A DNA stretch of 64,000 nt from Basidiobolus meristosporus CBS 931.73. Its lineage: Eukaryota; Fungi; Basidiobolomycota. The notes under the pieces are model-generated. The model was not told the origin of the DNA. It saw only the letters and a list, made by a program, of their open reading frames with translations, and did not search any database. Position 1 is the first letter of the stretch; each line of letters opens with the position of its first letter. The position numbers were made by a program, and so were the translations under genes. Where the stretch lies: NCBI GenBank assembly GCA_002104905.1, contig MCFE01000041.1, forward strand, positions 124,001-188,000, read 5' to 3'. Positions 12,548 through 25,411 of the stretch are shown piece by piece.

Positions 12548-13346
12548 TTTCACCTGGATAGCCCAGAACAAAATCGACAATCGTTGTGACATCCAAGAAT
12601 ATATACATCGTTTGGTTCGATTCCATCTGGCAGTTCCACCAAACCGTTCTAGCGTGCATAGCGAGACTGCCTCATCCTATCTGGTTTATACTTTCCCTCC
12701 TTGAACTGAGGCTGACTAGCAGCAACTTTTTCACTGTATCTGGCAATCTGTTTCTGCCAGAGCCGAGAGTCGACCGATTTTTCTTGTGGCACTTGAGACG
12801 AAAACACTGGTGGCAACTATACTCCACCAGTTGATATATTTAGCAGCAATATCCGAGGGATCTCTCATCTACAGATGAGGTTTGGAAGCATTTGATCTAG
12901 AGATATGCTTCAGATAGCCCTTCCTGACTGGTTGTACCAGCAATCCCGGCCAAGGCGCGGCCTAGATCATACCTTATACCATCTAAGATCAATGAAAGGT
13001 CTTCAAATCCTGGGAGGTAGTGATTCAAGTGCTAGAGAGAAGATGGTACCTGACATGTGGTCAGATCGACTGTTTCCATCAAATTTCTCCTGGAATGCCA
13101 CATGGCTTCGATATCAGCACGTAAAATTATGCGAAGTCCAATTGGATACTTATTCCGGATCACAGTGTTCGGAACATTTCATATAACTGATTATGCAATT
13201 TGAGGGAGGTAGAGAAATTCAATACCCAGAGGAATTCCCAGTTATATTTACTTCCCTTTATTTACGGAAAGCCCTAAATCTTGCTCTAGTTGAGCCGCCA
13301 TTTAATCCCACGTAATACCTAAAGACTACCATTCATAAACATTATA

Positions 13347-14086
13347 ATGGCTGGACCTGCAAGAGAGGAAGAAAGAAGGTGAGCCCATGCATTTCCATCT
13401 TCCTTTCAGTCTGATCGCTCATTTTCGCTCACCTTTTGTGTTGTACAACGTAAACAGCTACAAGAAGGCTTACGAAAGACGCGATCCAAAGCGAAAGAAT
13501 TCTTTTGGTAAGCGGAACGGTACCGGCTTGATGGATCAGTCGAGTCCTGAACTTCTGAATCCTTAGGTCGCGGGATCTCCTCATCGTTTAATTCTTCTCC
13601 CGCTCCAGCGCCCGGCCCCAACGCTTTTCCTCATCCCAGGCACATCCCAGAACATGCTCCCCTTAACGACTTTAATGCTCAAGAATCAGTTGCTTATTTG
13701 AATAGAGGTATTTTGAGGTGGGAAATCATTTACCCTCGGCTGCTTTCTAACTTATATTCAAATAGGTTGGTCCAATGCTTTTGATCAGCTGCACAATTCC
13801 TCCTTGAGCGAACATGGTATGTGCTCTCTTATGAATAATATCGGAATACTCTCGGAATTAAGCTCATAGCTATGCAGACAAACCAATCCTTCACAAAAGT
13901 GCTGAGAAGGCGTGGTCCAACCGGAACTCCTTTGCTTCTGCGTGGGGTCCGAAAGGTAGACTTTACGCAACCATAGATGGCTTCATTCCAACTAAAATCC
14001 CCTTCTATCTACTAGCTTGCCTTATGGCCTCCGGTGAGAATTTTCTCGACAGACTGGAGGGATCAAAGTCTAAAGCAGATCATTAA
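13347..14086 (+). CDS. Six-exon hypothetical protein (~140 aa), absent from the ORF track
   Basis: Five GT-AG introns with branch points join in consistent phase: MAGPAREEERSYKKAYERRDPKRKNSFGRGISS...PLNDFNAQESVAYLNRGWSNAFDQL...SAWGPKACLMASGENFLDRLEGSKSKADH-stop. Confidence 0.75.
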
Positions 14087-14627
14087 TCCACGCTTGCGTT
14101 TCCCCTCCTTTATGTATTTTGTGCCCTTGTGACCTTAGTCCTTTAAAAAGCAAAAAAAGTCCAATCTAATTATTACTCTTTGCTTTGCAGAGCATCAAAA
14201 TATCATTTTACCTTTATGTTGGATATTTCGTAAAGCTAGTTGGTCCGAAGCCAGTGAAATGTATATTCTTTTCTAGAGTATGAGGAATAGAAAGAATTGG
14301 CTCCAGATCGTTCTCCAATTAAAAGGGATTCAGAGCTTAAAGAGCTAGTTAGAGCGCATGTGTGTAGCTTCATTATTGCCATTGTGAGAACCAGAGTTGA
14401 CATTACTAACTGCTAAAGTTAGTTAGATGATTGGTGGGATTCAGACTTTAGCTTAAGTCAGCAATTACTATTCAAAATCACAAATCGGATCAGCTTATAA
14501 TATTTAATCGAGTTGACGTTTCATGGAGAGGGGTATCTTCAACATATAGCTTGCTTTTTGGCCTTCACAACTAGCTACCTCCCATATAGTTTCCAATACC
14601 ACTGACAAACACGGGTGAAAGTTAAAG

Positions 14628-17557
14628 ATGAGCTTTTGGTCAGATGCGTTCAATGTCTTGACAGGACAGGCTGGACAACCACAAACCGCTTCGGATACCA
14701 TCGTTAAGTTGTCCGATCGTGTGCAAACCGCAACTTTGATTGAGGATCGTCGGGCAGCAGTTCTAGGTTTGAAAGGCCTTTGCCGTGAATACAGAGAAGT
14801 ACTCATCCTCTTTTTCACCTGTCCCTGTGGAGCTGGTTACCTAACCTTACTTGTACAGGAAGTTGGCAGCAACGGGTTGCCCGGACTCATTAAAGTTCTG
14901 AACAATGATAGAGGCGATGTAGATATTATTAAAGCAACGCTCGAAACATTAAACATTCTGTGTACCATTCACAACAAGGTATTCCCTCCTGTGCTTTGGT
15001 TATTGTAGTTATACTTTGTTCATGACTTTCTCATCCATAGGAGGATTTTGGCGACCTTGGCTTCAAATTTACCGAAGATTTCGTCAAGGTAAATCTATAC
15101 AGGGTGTTCCACGAAATCTTCCTAGTGCTTATTTGCCAAATTGCTGAGATGTTTAGGAATCCGAAACTATCACTTCCCTACTTGAGTGCCTTGAGGAGTT
15201 CGACTTTTATGTGCGGTTCAATACCATACAACTGCTCAACACTTTACTGCAAAATGAAAGCGATAGACTTCAAGAGTGCATCCTGGCCGCCCCTATGGGG
15301 ATTTCCCGCTTAGTGGATTTGCTAGATGATCGCAGAGAAATCATCCGCAACGGTAACACACATAATCTTCATCGGGGTTTCATGGACACCTATCTGACGG
15401 AGATTGTTTAGAGGGACTGCTTCTGTTGACATCGTTAACTCAATCCAACACCGATATTCAGAAAATCATTGCATTCGAAAATGCATTTGAGCGATTACTG
15501 GAAATCATCTCTCATGAAGGTGGGGTGGATGGTGGGATTGTTGTCCAAGACTGTGTTCATCTGATTCAGAACCTTCTGAAGTTCAACGTCTCTAACCAGG
15601 TACTGGGACTAGGTTGTGATTAGTCGCGCTGCTTAGACGCTAACTTTTGGCTACTTAGACTTACTTTCGAGAAACAAGTTGCATTCAGAGGATCGCTCCT
15701 CTACTCAGCCCCGAGAAATCGGGCGCGTTCAACCACTATGCTCCCCTGGAGAACACCTGGCCTGAGCAAAGGGTTGCCAATGCGGTGTCTTTGTTAGGGT
15801 TGACCAGGACCCTGGTTGTTCCCAACAATATGAACACGTCCGTTAACCAGGTAACCCTACCCAAGCTCGTTAAACTTTCATTTTTTCTCACATGCTCCTT
15901 TTAGGGGGTCATCGCTCAATCCGGCCTTCTTGAAACAATCCTTGGGCTAGCGCTTAAATCAGATACGCCACTTTCCGTCAAGAGCCATGTAATGTTGAGT
16001 TGTGAACAGTACAAACCTTTGATCTACTCCTTACCTTTTTTTCTACAACTGTTATAGGCACTTTACGCTCTTGGAGATACCATTAGAGGCAACTCAGTAA
16101 ACCAAGAGAAAGTGGCCAGCACAACCACAGTGTTCAATTCGACTGCCATCAATGCAACCGAGAATGCTTCTTCAGGGGAGCCTTCTCTTTTGCCTCCTTC
16201 ACCGCCTACCCCACAATCTGCTTTGTTATCTATTACCAGTTTTGCTATCGGAAAGGCAAAGATTGAGGATCTAGCTGTACGCTACGGTGCAACCTATGTT
16301 ATACTATGCTATCTCTTTGAGAATGCCGAGGGCCAAGTTGCTCTCGCGTCCACTTTTGTGTCTCCTCCCGACGACAACCCAAACACCGAAGCTGTCGAAA
16401 AACCTCAATCACCCGGATCATTGTTACTCTCATCTCTCATGGAATGGGAAAATGCAAAGGAAGACCCATATCAAGTATGGTTCGGGTCTGTCATGTTGTC
16501 GCACATCTTGAAAGGTAACTCCCAGTGTAAATCATTGGCTGCCAAGATCACTTTTGGCGACGCCGAGCAAGGTGAGGAGATTATTCCGCTGGTGAACATG
16601 ATCGCCTACTCCCTCACAATGGCCTCCCGTGAAAACTTCAGCACGCGGGTTATCATCGGCTATCTGGCATTGCTTAGCGTATGGACGTACGAAAGCTCAG
16701 AAACCGTAAGCCAATATCTTTCGGAGGGAGCCAACCTTCAGTTCCTTATGGAGCAGATTGGGCATTCCCACGGCGTTGATGCTTCAATCCAAGGCCTTTC
16801 GGCATTTCTACTCGGCATACTCTATGAGTTCGATGACGACCCAGAATCATCTTTCCCTAGAGAGGTACTTCAACCAATCGTTCTGAAGAGAGTTGGTGTG
16901 GACTTGTTTGTGAACCATATCAATCGTCTCCGTGAATCGAAGTTGCTCCAGAATGTCTCCCCCGGATTCCAAGTAGAGACCGACGACAACGGGCAAATCA
17001 CCTCGGAGCTGCTGTTTGAGCATTCGTTTGTGGAATTTTTCAAGGCCAATTATGAACTGATTCAGAAATCCATCACTGTCGATCCCAAAGCTAAGGCAGC
17101 CAAGAGCAAGAATGCCAGCCCGACGATCTCAAATGACGAAGTAGAACTCTATAAGAAAACCATCACCGAACAGACCGAAGAGATTGAAAGGCTGAAGCTG
17201 AAGATTCAAGAGCTTGAAGCTGCTTTGGAGCAGCAGAAGTCCACCTACGAGGATCAAATCAATGCACTCAACACCAACCTCGAGACCTTGGGCCAGAGTT
17301 TGGACGAGCAAAACTCCAAATACAAGGTTCTGGAGCAGGAGAGGGACGATCTTTTGGTTTGTTTAGCTGATCAGGATAACACCATCAAGTCTTTTCAAAA
17401 TCATGTGGAAGACGATGACCTAGAGCCATTCCCTTCCCTCGATGATGATGAGGAAAAGGAAATCCCAGCTTCAGAAAAGACTGATGACATCAATGAACAG
17501 CAACCAGCTACAGAGGTGGAGAACACCGACCAACAAGATGCCACCGAGTTGGTCTAA
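14628..17557 (+). CDS. USO1: Uso1/p115 ER-Golgi vesicle tether (armadillo head plus coiled coil and acidic tail), multi-exon
   Basis: QTASDTIVKLSDRVQTATLIEDRRAAVLGLKG, RLQECILAAPMGISRLVDLLDDRREIIRN, DIQKIIAFENAFERL, EGGVDGGIVVQDC; C-terminal heptad-rich region followed by an acidic tail. Confidence 0.93.
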
Positions 17558-17817
17558 TGTATGCGATCACTTACTTTGGGCTTTTTCATTCAGCCCATGC
17601 TTTAATGCTGCCCTCTCGCCATTGCTCGATCCAGTAATCGTCGATTCGTAACCACATTCATGTTGGCTTTGTCAATCACCCATCAGCCTCTCTAATATTA
17701 TCAATAAATTGCTGAAGCTTTCACAACATCGGGTGACGGTGGCTGATCACCACTAGATTTAATGGGAATATGAATCGAAATCAAATGACGAGTATTTGGA
17801 GGGAAGACGAGATAACC

Positions 17818-18967
17818 CTAAAGAGTAGTTGAAGGGGTTTTCGCTTTTTTCTCTGCTAGTGCTTTGCGGATGCGGTAGTTGTATACGGTCTCCTCCTTCC
17901 CCTCTTTGAAAGCGGCAAAACGAGCAGCATTAAACAGGAAATCGCTTAAGCTAGAGACAGCCATGTTAATCGTATTACTGGAGAGCAGGAAAGTTTTCAA
18001 ACTTGCCGATTCAAATATTTTTGAGTGCTCCGATCAGCCGAATTGGAAGCTACCAGGGGGACAACTCGTCTTTCTGCGCGTCTACATATGCTTCTCGCAA
18101 CATGCAAGGAGGACGAAGCACGACCACCAGACTAACAGGCAATTGGATCAGTTAAATGTTGGCCAGGTTGAGCTCGAAATAAGCAACCAACAGGTAAGAT
18201 GAAAAGCTGTAATGGGGGGAGCTGGTCATCCAATTCATCGATCCATCTTTCAAGCTCCGCCACCAGTTCACCATCCGCATCAAATTCGGTTCGATCTATG
18301 AACATGGTTAGTGAGGAACTGGAGCACATTGACAAGTTAAACACACTTGCTTAGTCGTGCTGGGTTGGCCATATCGGATGACCTTGGGGTGGCGATATTA
18401 CCGCCGATATCCTGGATGCTATATTGTACCTATAAATTACGCATCAGTAAGAAACAGCACTTTGTTACAAAGGCAACTCAACCTGGTACCAATTTCAACT
18501 TTTCGCTTAATCCATTCTGTTGCTCATCACAGAACTCTCGAGCAAGTCTTTGATTGTGCGCAGTGGCGAATTAGTTCACGATTGTGTGAGTACGACAATG
18601 GAAATACCAGGTGACTCACCCTATGTAGGAGGTTAGCTCATCGGTGGTTCCTAATGCCTCAAAGACGGCATCGTCTTTTGGACGTCTTTCACCGGTAAAA
18701 AGAGCGGAGGTGCCTAGTTGAAGATGTTCTCTTTGAGTATTGGCAACTTCAGGATACAAAGACATGCATGCGGCTTACCTTTATCTCCGGTTTTGGTGTA
18801 AATCTTAATCTTGCTCTCTGCAAGACTGCAAGAGTCTCAAACAATAAGCCATGGAAATGGAGACATTCCAACAACCTGTAAAGCACTTACAAGGAGCTTC
18901 CGGAGAAATATCTTGCCTGGATGTTGTTTACCCTGGGTAATATGCGGGGTAGAGTGTTTCTAAGCAT
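17818..18967 (-). CDS. MMAB: ATP:cob(I)alamin adenosyltransferase (MMAB/PduO type) with a mitochondrial-presequence-like N-terminus, 8 exons
   Basis: [78 protein letters not shown]-terminus [22 protein letters not shown] is Arg-rich and lacks acidic residues. Confidence 0.92.
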
Positions 18968-20203
18968 TCCAAGGGTTAACAACGAGAGGAGAGCACACTG
19001 CACCAAACACTACGTCACTTTGCTATGTATTCAGTAGTTTTCCCACGCCTGGCATATAATCACCCATCCAGTTGCCGGTGAGAATTTAGTAAGGAGCCAG
19101 GTTTCGATTGCAATGGGCCCATATAGATCTAACTGATGTCGGATATTTGAAAAGGGGACAAATAAAAGGGGAATATATGTGATCTTTCTACGGGGTTAAC
19201 AACTGAGGAGTCATCCTAATGCGATCGAATGCATTAAACCCTGCGATGAACCCCACCCGATGGGTAATCAGGATACGAAGATAGGCACGTGGTGTTTCGG
19301 ATCACCCCACACCGCATCCCATCCCGATTCTACCAAAGTATCGGTTTTCTAACAATAATGGCATGATATGGGCCTGATATTGATAACTATAATTTCGGGT
19401 CATACCCGCCTCGGAGAATCAAGCTTAGATGAGTGTTTCCAGTCTGACTGCTGGAAAATTGCGCGATAATCTCGAAGATCAACCGACAATTCCAGATAAT
19501 CTATCAGGTTAACCCCATGTTTACACAGATAGAACATGGATGCCCCAAGGCATCAAATGTACTACATCCACATGTACCAACATAGAATGGCTGATCTGGT
19601 TCCAACGTTCCTTAGATAAGCGAGGCCATTGCTTTCCTTAAAGAGCCCGGAAGTTTGAAATTTCGTAATTGTGAATCCAACCTTGTGTTTGATGAGATGT
19701 TGTTGGTATGCTCGTCGACCTGGTGTGTAACTCTTCATTGATTATATCTGGCCGAACGCAGATTGGGGGAGATTGATATTTCGCCCATTTTCACCTCGTG
19801 TTCGCCCAGTCTATGGGACGGTCCATTCCTTACTGAGAAAATTTTGGTGGCACTTTGTGCGTTTCCCATATTTTATCTTGTAGGAATTACATGAGAAGCG
19901 AACAAATATATTACATGCCTTGGAAGATGAACACATAATCCTCTCTAAAGTCCGTTAGCTTTTATGCGTGTAAGACGATGAAATAAGATGGCGGCAAGAA
20001 GCTATCTAGGGAAAGAATTAATCATTATTGGAGCGGGGAATAACTGGGGCCTTCTAGTGTTGAAGTTTGAAAGAAACGAACCACCAAGCAGATAAAACTC
20101 TTACAAAATGTCAGTGAGGTTGACAGATCTCTACGCTTGGGCTGGGTAAACCGAGATGGAGATATGAATCTCGGCTATCGAGCGGGGCTCTAGCAAAGCC
20201 ATT

Positions 20204-21267
20204 TTAATTTGATCCTGAGGCAGTTCCGCTTCGCTCGGAATCTGAACTGGTCACATCATTAAAGTTGATGGTTGGAATCAAGTCTGCTACGTTGGGCATG
20301 ATACTGGAAGCAATCGCAACCAGCAAAAGTGTTTGGGCGCGCTGTCTTTCTACTCTTTCCCTTTCCCTGCGCTCCCTGCGTCTTTCTTGACGTTCTCGGC
20401 GGCGCTCGTTCTCGAAACGGCTTTGCTCCAGCCTTTCCTCCCATCTCCGACGCTCTTGGACTTCCCTACGAAGCAAATCTACTATCTCTGTGAGCAAGGC
20501 GTTTGGTGATACCTCTTCACTTTCTGACTCTCTTCTACGCTTGGTACTACTGATCGGGGCATAGTCGGATTTAGTGGGTTCTCGTGGTATTGGCTTGTAA
20601 AGGTGGGCTGGCATATGTGAGTGTGAATATTGTGGGGATTGACCCTTGTGATTGATAGAGTGTGAAAGAGGAGGCGAGTAAATTGACATGCTGGGTGAAT
20701 AGCCTACAGGTGGAGGAAGATTAACATGCTGCGAGGATTGCATGACCGGTCCGTGGTCGTGTAAAACGTTGGTGGCCGGGGTAGGTGAAGGCGGGTACGA
20801 CGCGTTGACGGAGTCTTCCGTAGAATGTACGGGAGAATCTCGAAGCGGGCCTTGTTTGGCAAGAACCTCTTTTATTATGTCGTAGAAAGGGAAGCTGCGA
20901 AGTTCTATGTCTCTTTGTGTTTCGGTTCTCTATGAAAAAAAGAAAATGTTATTACAGGAAGCATGAATTGACCGGTTTCAAGAATGAAGTCATCAAGCAG
21001 GTCCATTGTCATTGAAAAATACCGAGGCATGTTTTCCAGAGAGGAGGTAGAGACACGTACTTTGAATTCCGAGAGTAGATTTTTCCATTTCTCTTTGCAC
21101 TGTTTGTCCGTTCTGTGAAAACCGCTGTTTCTCATTTGGTCGGAAATCTTTTTCCAAAGTGGAGCATTTCGCTTCATACTTGCAAACTCACCCTCCATAT
21201 CTCTTCGAAGCTCAATGAGCAATTTTGTTTCGGCAGTCTCCCAAGATCTTCCAATCGTGGTCATCAT
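20204..21267 (-). CDS. Trihelix (GT-1-like Myb/SANT) DNA-binding protein with C-terminal coiled coil, 2 exons
   Basis: W-ETAETKLLIELR...LWKKISDQMRNSGFHRTDKQCKEKWKNLLSEFK; after one intron the frame continues with SFPFYDIIKEVL, a Pro/Ser linker and an R/E-rich helix (RRWEERLEQSRFENERRRERQERRRERRERE). Confidence 0.85.
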
Positions 21268-23644
21268 GAGGGAGAAACAGACAATATTAAGTGTGCTGAA
21301 GGTATTTCGTGAGCGCAGTAGTCAATAATACTAGTCAGATAGATGAAACAGCAGGAAGGTGGTCTAGGGGAATACAGCGTTGTGTCAAATAGAATGGCGT
21401 TGTAAATGAACAAATCTCAACCCAGTAAACCGGGCCTGATGATTTTAAGAGGGGACTTTGAAAAACTGTCGAGATGTGCAGCTTTTAAACGAATGGAACT
21501 GATCCCCTCTCCCCCGTTACAAAATTTCATGTGCGATCATTTTATTATCACTCGGAACCAACCATTTCCAATCTCAATCATATTTTGCTTCTCGTTCGTT
21601 CGCTCTGTTCAATACTCCTTCCATATATGGAATATTTAATCAAGCGTATCCGTTGGTAGACCAATGTATAAGCGAACAATATATGCATAGTATCTGAGCG
21701 CTTTGATACTTGTCAGCCTTGTTTTGTATGGGTATTTGGATGCTCGATTGCCCTATTTTGTTGATCAATAGCCAAGTTTCCAATCGCTTAGTTGCTTCAC
21801 CACTAGCTAGGTTTTTAAGCTTCAGTTAAAGAAAACTCTGGCCTAACCTAACCATTTCAAGGGGTTTGCATCGAGCACTGTACTACCGTTCGTGTCATAC
21901 AATCTACACCGGTCCAATGAAGTCTTTTGAGAGTAGAGAGCGGGCTCCAAACTGTGTTTTCCCTTCTAGCAATATCCGCTACATCGACTCTTCAATTGCT
22001 GAGTGGGCGAGGGCTAGGGCTAGGGCTAAGGCTAACAAGCCAACCAGGTTATCAGAAAGCAAGATTGAAACCTCATAGACTACAGAGTGGTCGTATTGGT
22101 AATGCCTAAGTTGACTTCATTCAGCCACGATTTGCCTTTTCTGAAGTTGGGTAGGATTTTGTGTTTTTGTGACTGGCCAATGAGGATGGCCGTTTGATGC
22201 GTATAAATGCTGGGTGATCCATGAACCACTCGGTGGTTTTCGGGGCAATTGATCTGAACATCTTGCCACTTGACTAATGAGCCATACTTGGCGAATTTTA
22301 TGAGCCCTGTTGCTTCATCATATCTTTGTATATTTGGTTATATTGGGTTTTGGCCGTCTGACCAGATCCCCATCATCTTTCAACCACGTGAACTCACGTA
22401 ACAAGTCTGAGGTTACCCAAATGATAGCGAAATCGTCATGACCTCCATCTTACAGAGCGCACTACTTCAATATGGCTATCCTGGGTTTTCCAGCAATAAC
22501 TACTGAATTATACACGAGCATCTATCCCAATTGGAGACTGATGTGCTCACTAGAAACTTGCGCAGGTTTAAAGTGAGGAATTTTCAGGCATGGCCGATTG
22601 CCCTACTTTTTAAACAGGGTTTACATTGGATTGGTGGCATCCGGGAATACGCAGTTATATGTCAAGCTGATGAAGTGTTCAGCAACACTGATACTACTCT
22701 ATTCTTCGACGCAAGCATAGACGGATTTTTCGGCAATACAGGAAGAAGTTTCTTAAATTTGAGGAGTGGGCTGGATTGGATAAATGTAAGCGCTCACCAG
22801 AAAGTAAGTGTTTGCCCCTGTGGTCACGTTTATTCAATCCAGATGATGGTGTGTCGGCTTAGTATCATTGGCCACTTGTTACATATGACAAGTTCAAACC
22901 ATAGGAAAGTTTCTTCAGAGCTCTTCATACATGCCAGAAATTTTGGATCGACCGCCGTGCTGAATATGTTTGAAGAGCCACGGCCTAGGGTACAAAAGTA
23001 TCTTATGGCAAAAGTCAGGAGCAAAAATAAGCCTCTCCGATCCATCATAGCTGTAGTTGTCAATAAGCTTTATAGTGGCAGTAACGTTACAGTCCCTATA
23101 ACAGCAGTTCACAAATCTCCAAAAGATAAGCGAAACTGTGCAGAGACACAATGCAAAGTAAATTCCGGGAGTATCATTTTTAAAGAGGCTAAAGCCGTCA
23201 TCACCGGACTCTTTGCGGCAAAATCTTTATCTGATCAAGGCTCCTTTGAGAACACCGGTATGAAATGCATCTATGTATCTATATGACGAGTGCGATAAGA
23301 TCCATCCGATATGGGCTTAACGATGCTCGTAAGCATGACCTGAACGCTCAATAGAACTATTCGATCGACTAGGGTGGACTTGTGTCCTGCGCGAATTCGG
23401 AACGCTCCAGTGGTGGCTGTACCAAGATTGAGCAAGTTGTGGAATTCGTTGTAAGGGATATTGCGATCATACTGAGAACTTCCTTACGGGGTCAGCATAA
23501 ATCGCATTCCGTCGGCATAAGAAAGGATAGCCAAGGTGCCAATTGATATTCAACCCAAGTTTGCTATACTGGATGCTTGGACGAAGTTTAATGATACATT
23601 TATGTTACATAATTAAGCGAGCAAAGCAATCCATTAGATACATA

Positions 23645-24520
23645 TTACTTTCGGGAGTTGGGCATGTATTCCACCTCAGATCCTTCCTCTAATATATAAC
23701 CGGGCGACTGTGTATACAGGGTGTCTAGATTTCTTTCCTCGTTTCCTATAGAGTCTTTCTCGTCCATTACAATTTTGCTTTGTCTCTGCTTCAGATATGC
23801 GCGTTGCCTAGTACCAGTGTTAGTAGTTTCGAAATTAAATCAACAATATGCGTTGGCCTACTTCCGTAAACTGTTCAGTAGCCTGAATATCTGGAGGATG
23901 TTTCTTAACGCCATAAATACTGTGCCCGCTACCTCCCCTCTCCCTTTTGTGTGCGAACAATCCAAGAAGACTAGCACCAAAGTTGCAATGCACAAACCAA
24001 CCAAGACCAGGTCAAAAATATTCATCGGAGATTTCCAAAATTTCTACCAGATCCCTATTAGATAAACGAATGCCATTTCATGGTTGAAAGTACCTTTCCA
24101 TAAGTGAACATTGTAATGGTTATCTCGGTAATCATGGCCACATTCACAATAATATCCAAGACTTCGTACTCCAGACCTGGACTGTTTGCAAGAGTCAGTC
24201 GTGAAGTGGAACAACAGGCACGTCTCACTGATTACCATTCATATATCACAGACTAAGCATCAGGTAGTGTTAGTCATATGTCTATGTTTAGCTACTATCC
24301 TCAACATACCACTATGAGAGAGCTCAATGAAAGAGCAATCATTATTAAGTACAGAAGGAGGTACGCCTTGGAATACGCAATCTGGTGAATTCGCTCTGTG
24401 GCCTTTACACCTGCGGGTGGCGCTACTTCTCTGTTGTGGCACGGGTGCGAAATACAGTGTTAGTTCTTTGACCAAGAGCGCAACACAGAAGATATCCACT
24501 TACATTGATGAACCAGACAT
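23645..24520 (-). CDS. Stand-alone voltage-sensor-like (S1-S4, ion-transport fold) membrane protein without pore domain, 6 exons including a 17-nt microexon (24236-24252)
   Basis: In-phase splicing gives AYLLLYLIMIALSLSSLIVSVI / YEVLDIIVNVAMITEITITMFTYGKKFWKSPMNIFDLVLVGLCIATLVLVF / VFMALRNILQIFRLLNSLRK, then a polar tail. Missed by the ORF track. Confidence 0.8.
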
Positions 24521-25411
24521 GATCAACTAACGACGACTTGGTAAAGGATACTTATCAATGTCAGCGCATCTTTCGTCGGTACTAAGAACTCAAGCGGTTA
24601 TTAAATGGGACTTGAAAGACAGTAAGCTAGGGGAGAAAACTTGATTGTTCCATTTTTTATGTGTTAATCACAGTGTGACTGAATTTCGGAGGCTACCAAC
24701 TAAAAGAAAGGGGTGCAAATGTGATGGAAGGCCTCGATGATATATTACATATTCATGTGGGAGTGCAAAAGCAAACAGCCAACAGGAGAAACAGCCACGT
24801 TATGTGGGAAAATAGTAGCATACAAATCAAGAGAATCGTAGATCATTATGGCATGGCGAAACTAGAAGAGATGAAGAAGGGGGAGCAAGGTTACCTGTGC
24901 AGAAGATTGGATGAGGCCACTCTGCATATTAATTAGCCTTGATCGTGATCACAGGCAGTGTGCTTCTGTTTATAAGGAAACTCCTTACATGTCTTTGCGA
25001 CTAGTTTAATATTAGGGTTGGTCCAGGTCTGGGGAGAACTCGTAAATCTCCCACCGCCTTTTAAAGCCCTTACAAACAAGGTTAATATTATGTCCTTATG
25101 TTCACACATATACCAATGTAACAAAACCCCTATATTCACACAAAAATTCAAACCATCAGGTTTCTCGAAGGAAATGGAGTCTCGATCTGTATGAAACTGA
25201 GATAATCACTGTTTAGTTTAACTTGGAAAAAACAAAAAAATCCTTGATTTTGAATAACAACACTAAGGTAAAATAATCATTCAGAATACTGATGGCTGCT
25301 TATTTGATATACAATATTGGGTGCTTCAGAAGCTGACTGACCCATTCCCTACTAACTCTTTATACTTCACTTCTCTAACTTCTCTAGCAAACTCCCATAA
25401 TAGTCTTCGGA

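Noticed and set aside
12614-12624. GGTTCGATTCC tRNA T-loop/B-box match, with a TAGCCCAG A-box-like string upstream
   Set aside because: The T-stem pairs at only 3 of 5 positions and no acceptor or anticodon stem can be formed; not a tRNA.
22010-22033. (AGGGCT)x4 telomere-like hexamer run
   Set aside because: Too short and not TTAGGG; an ordinary microsatellite.
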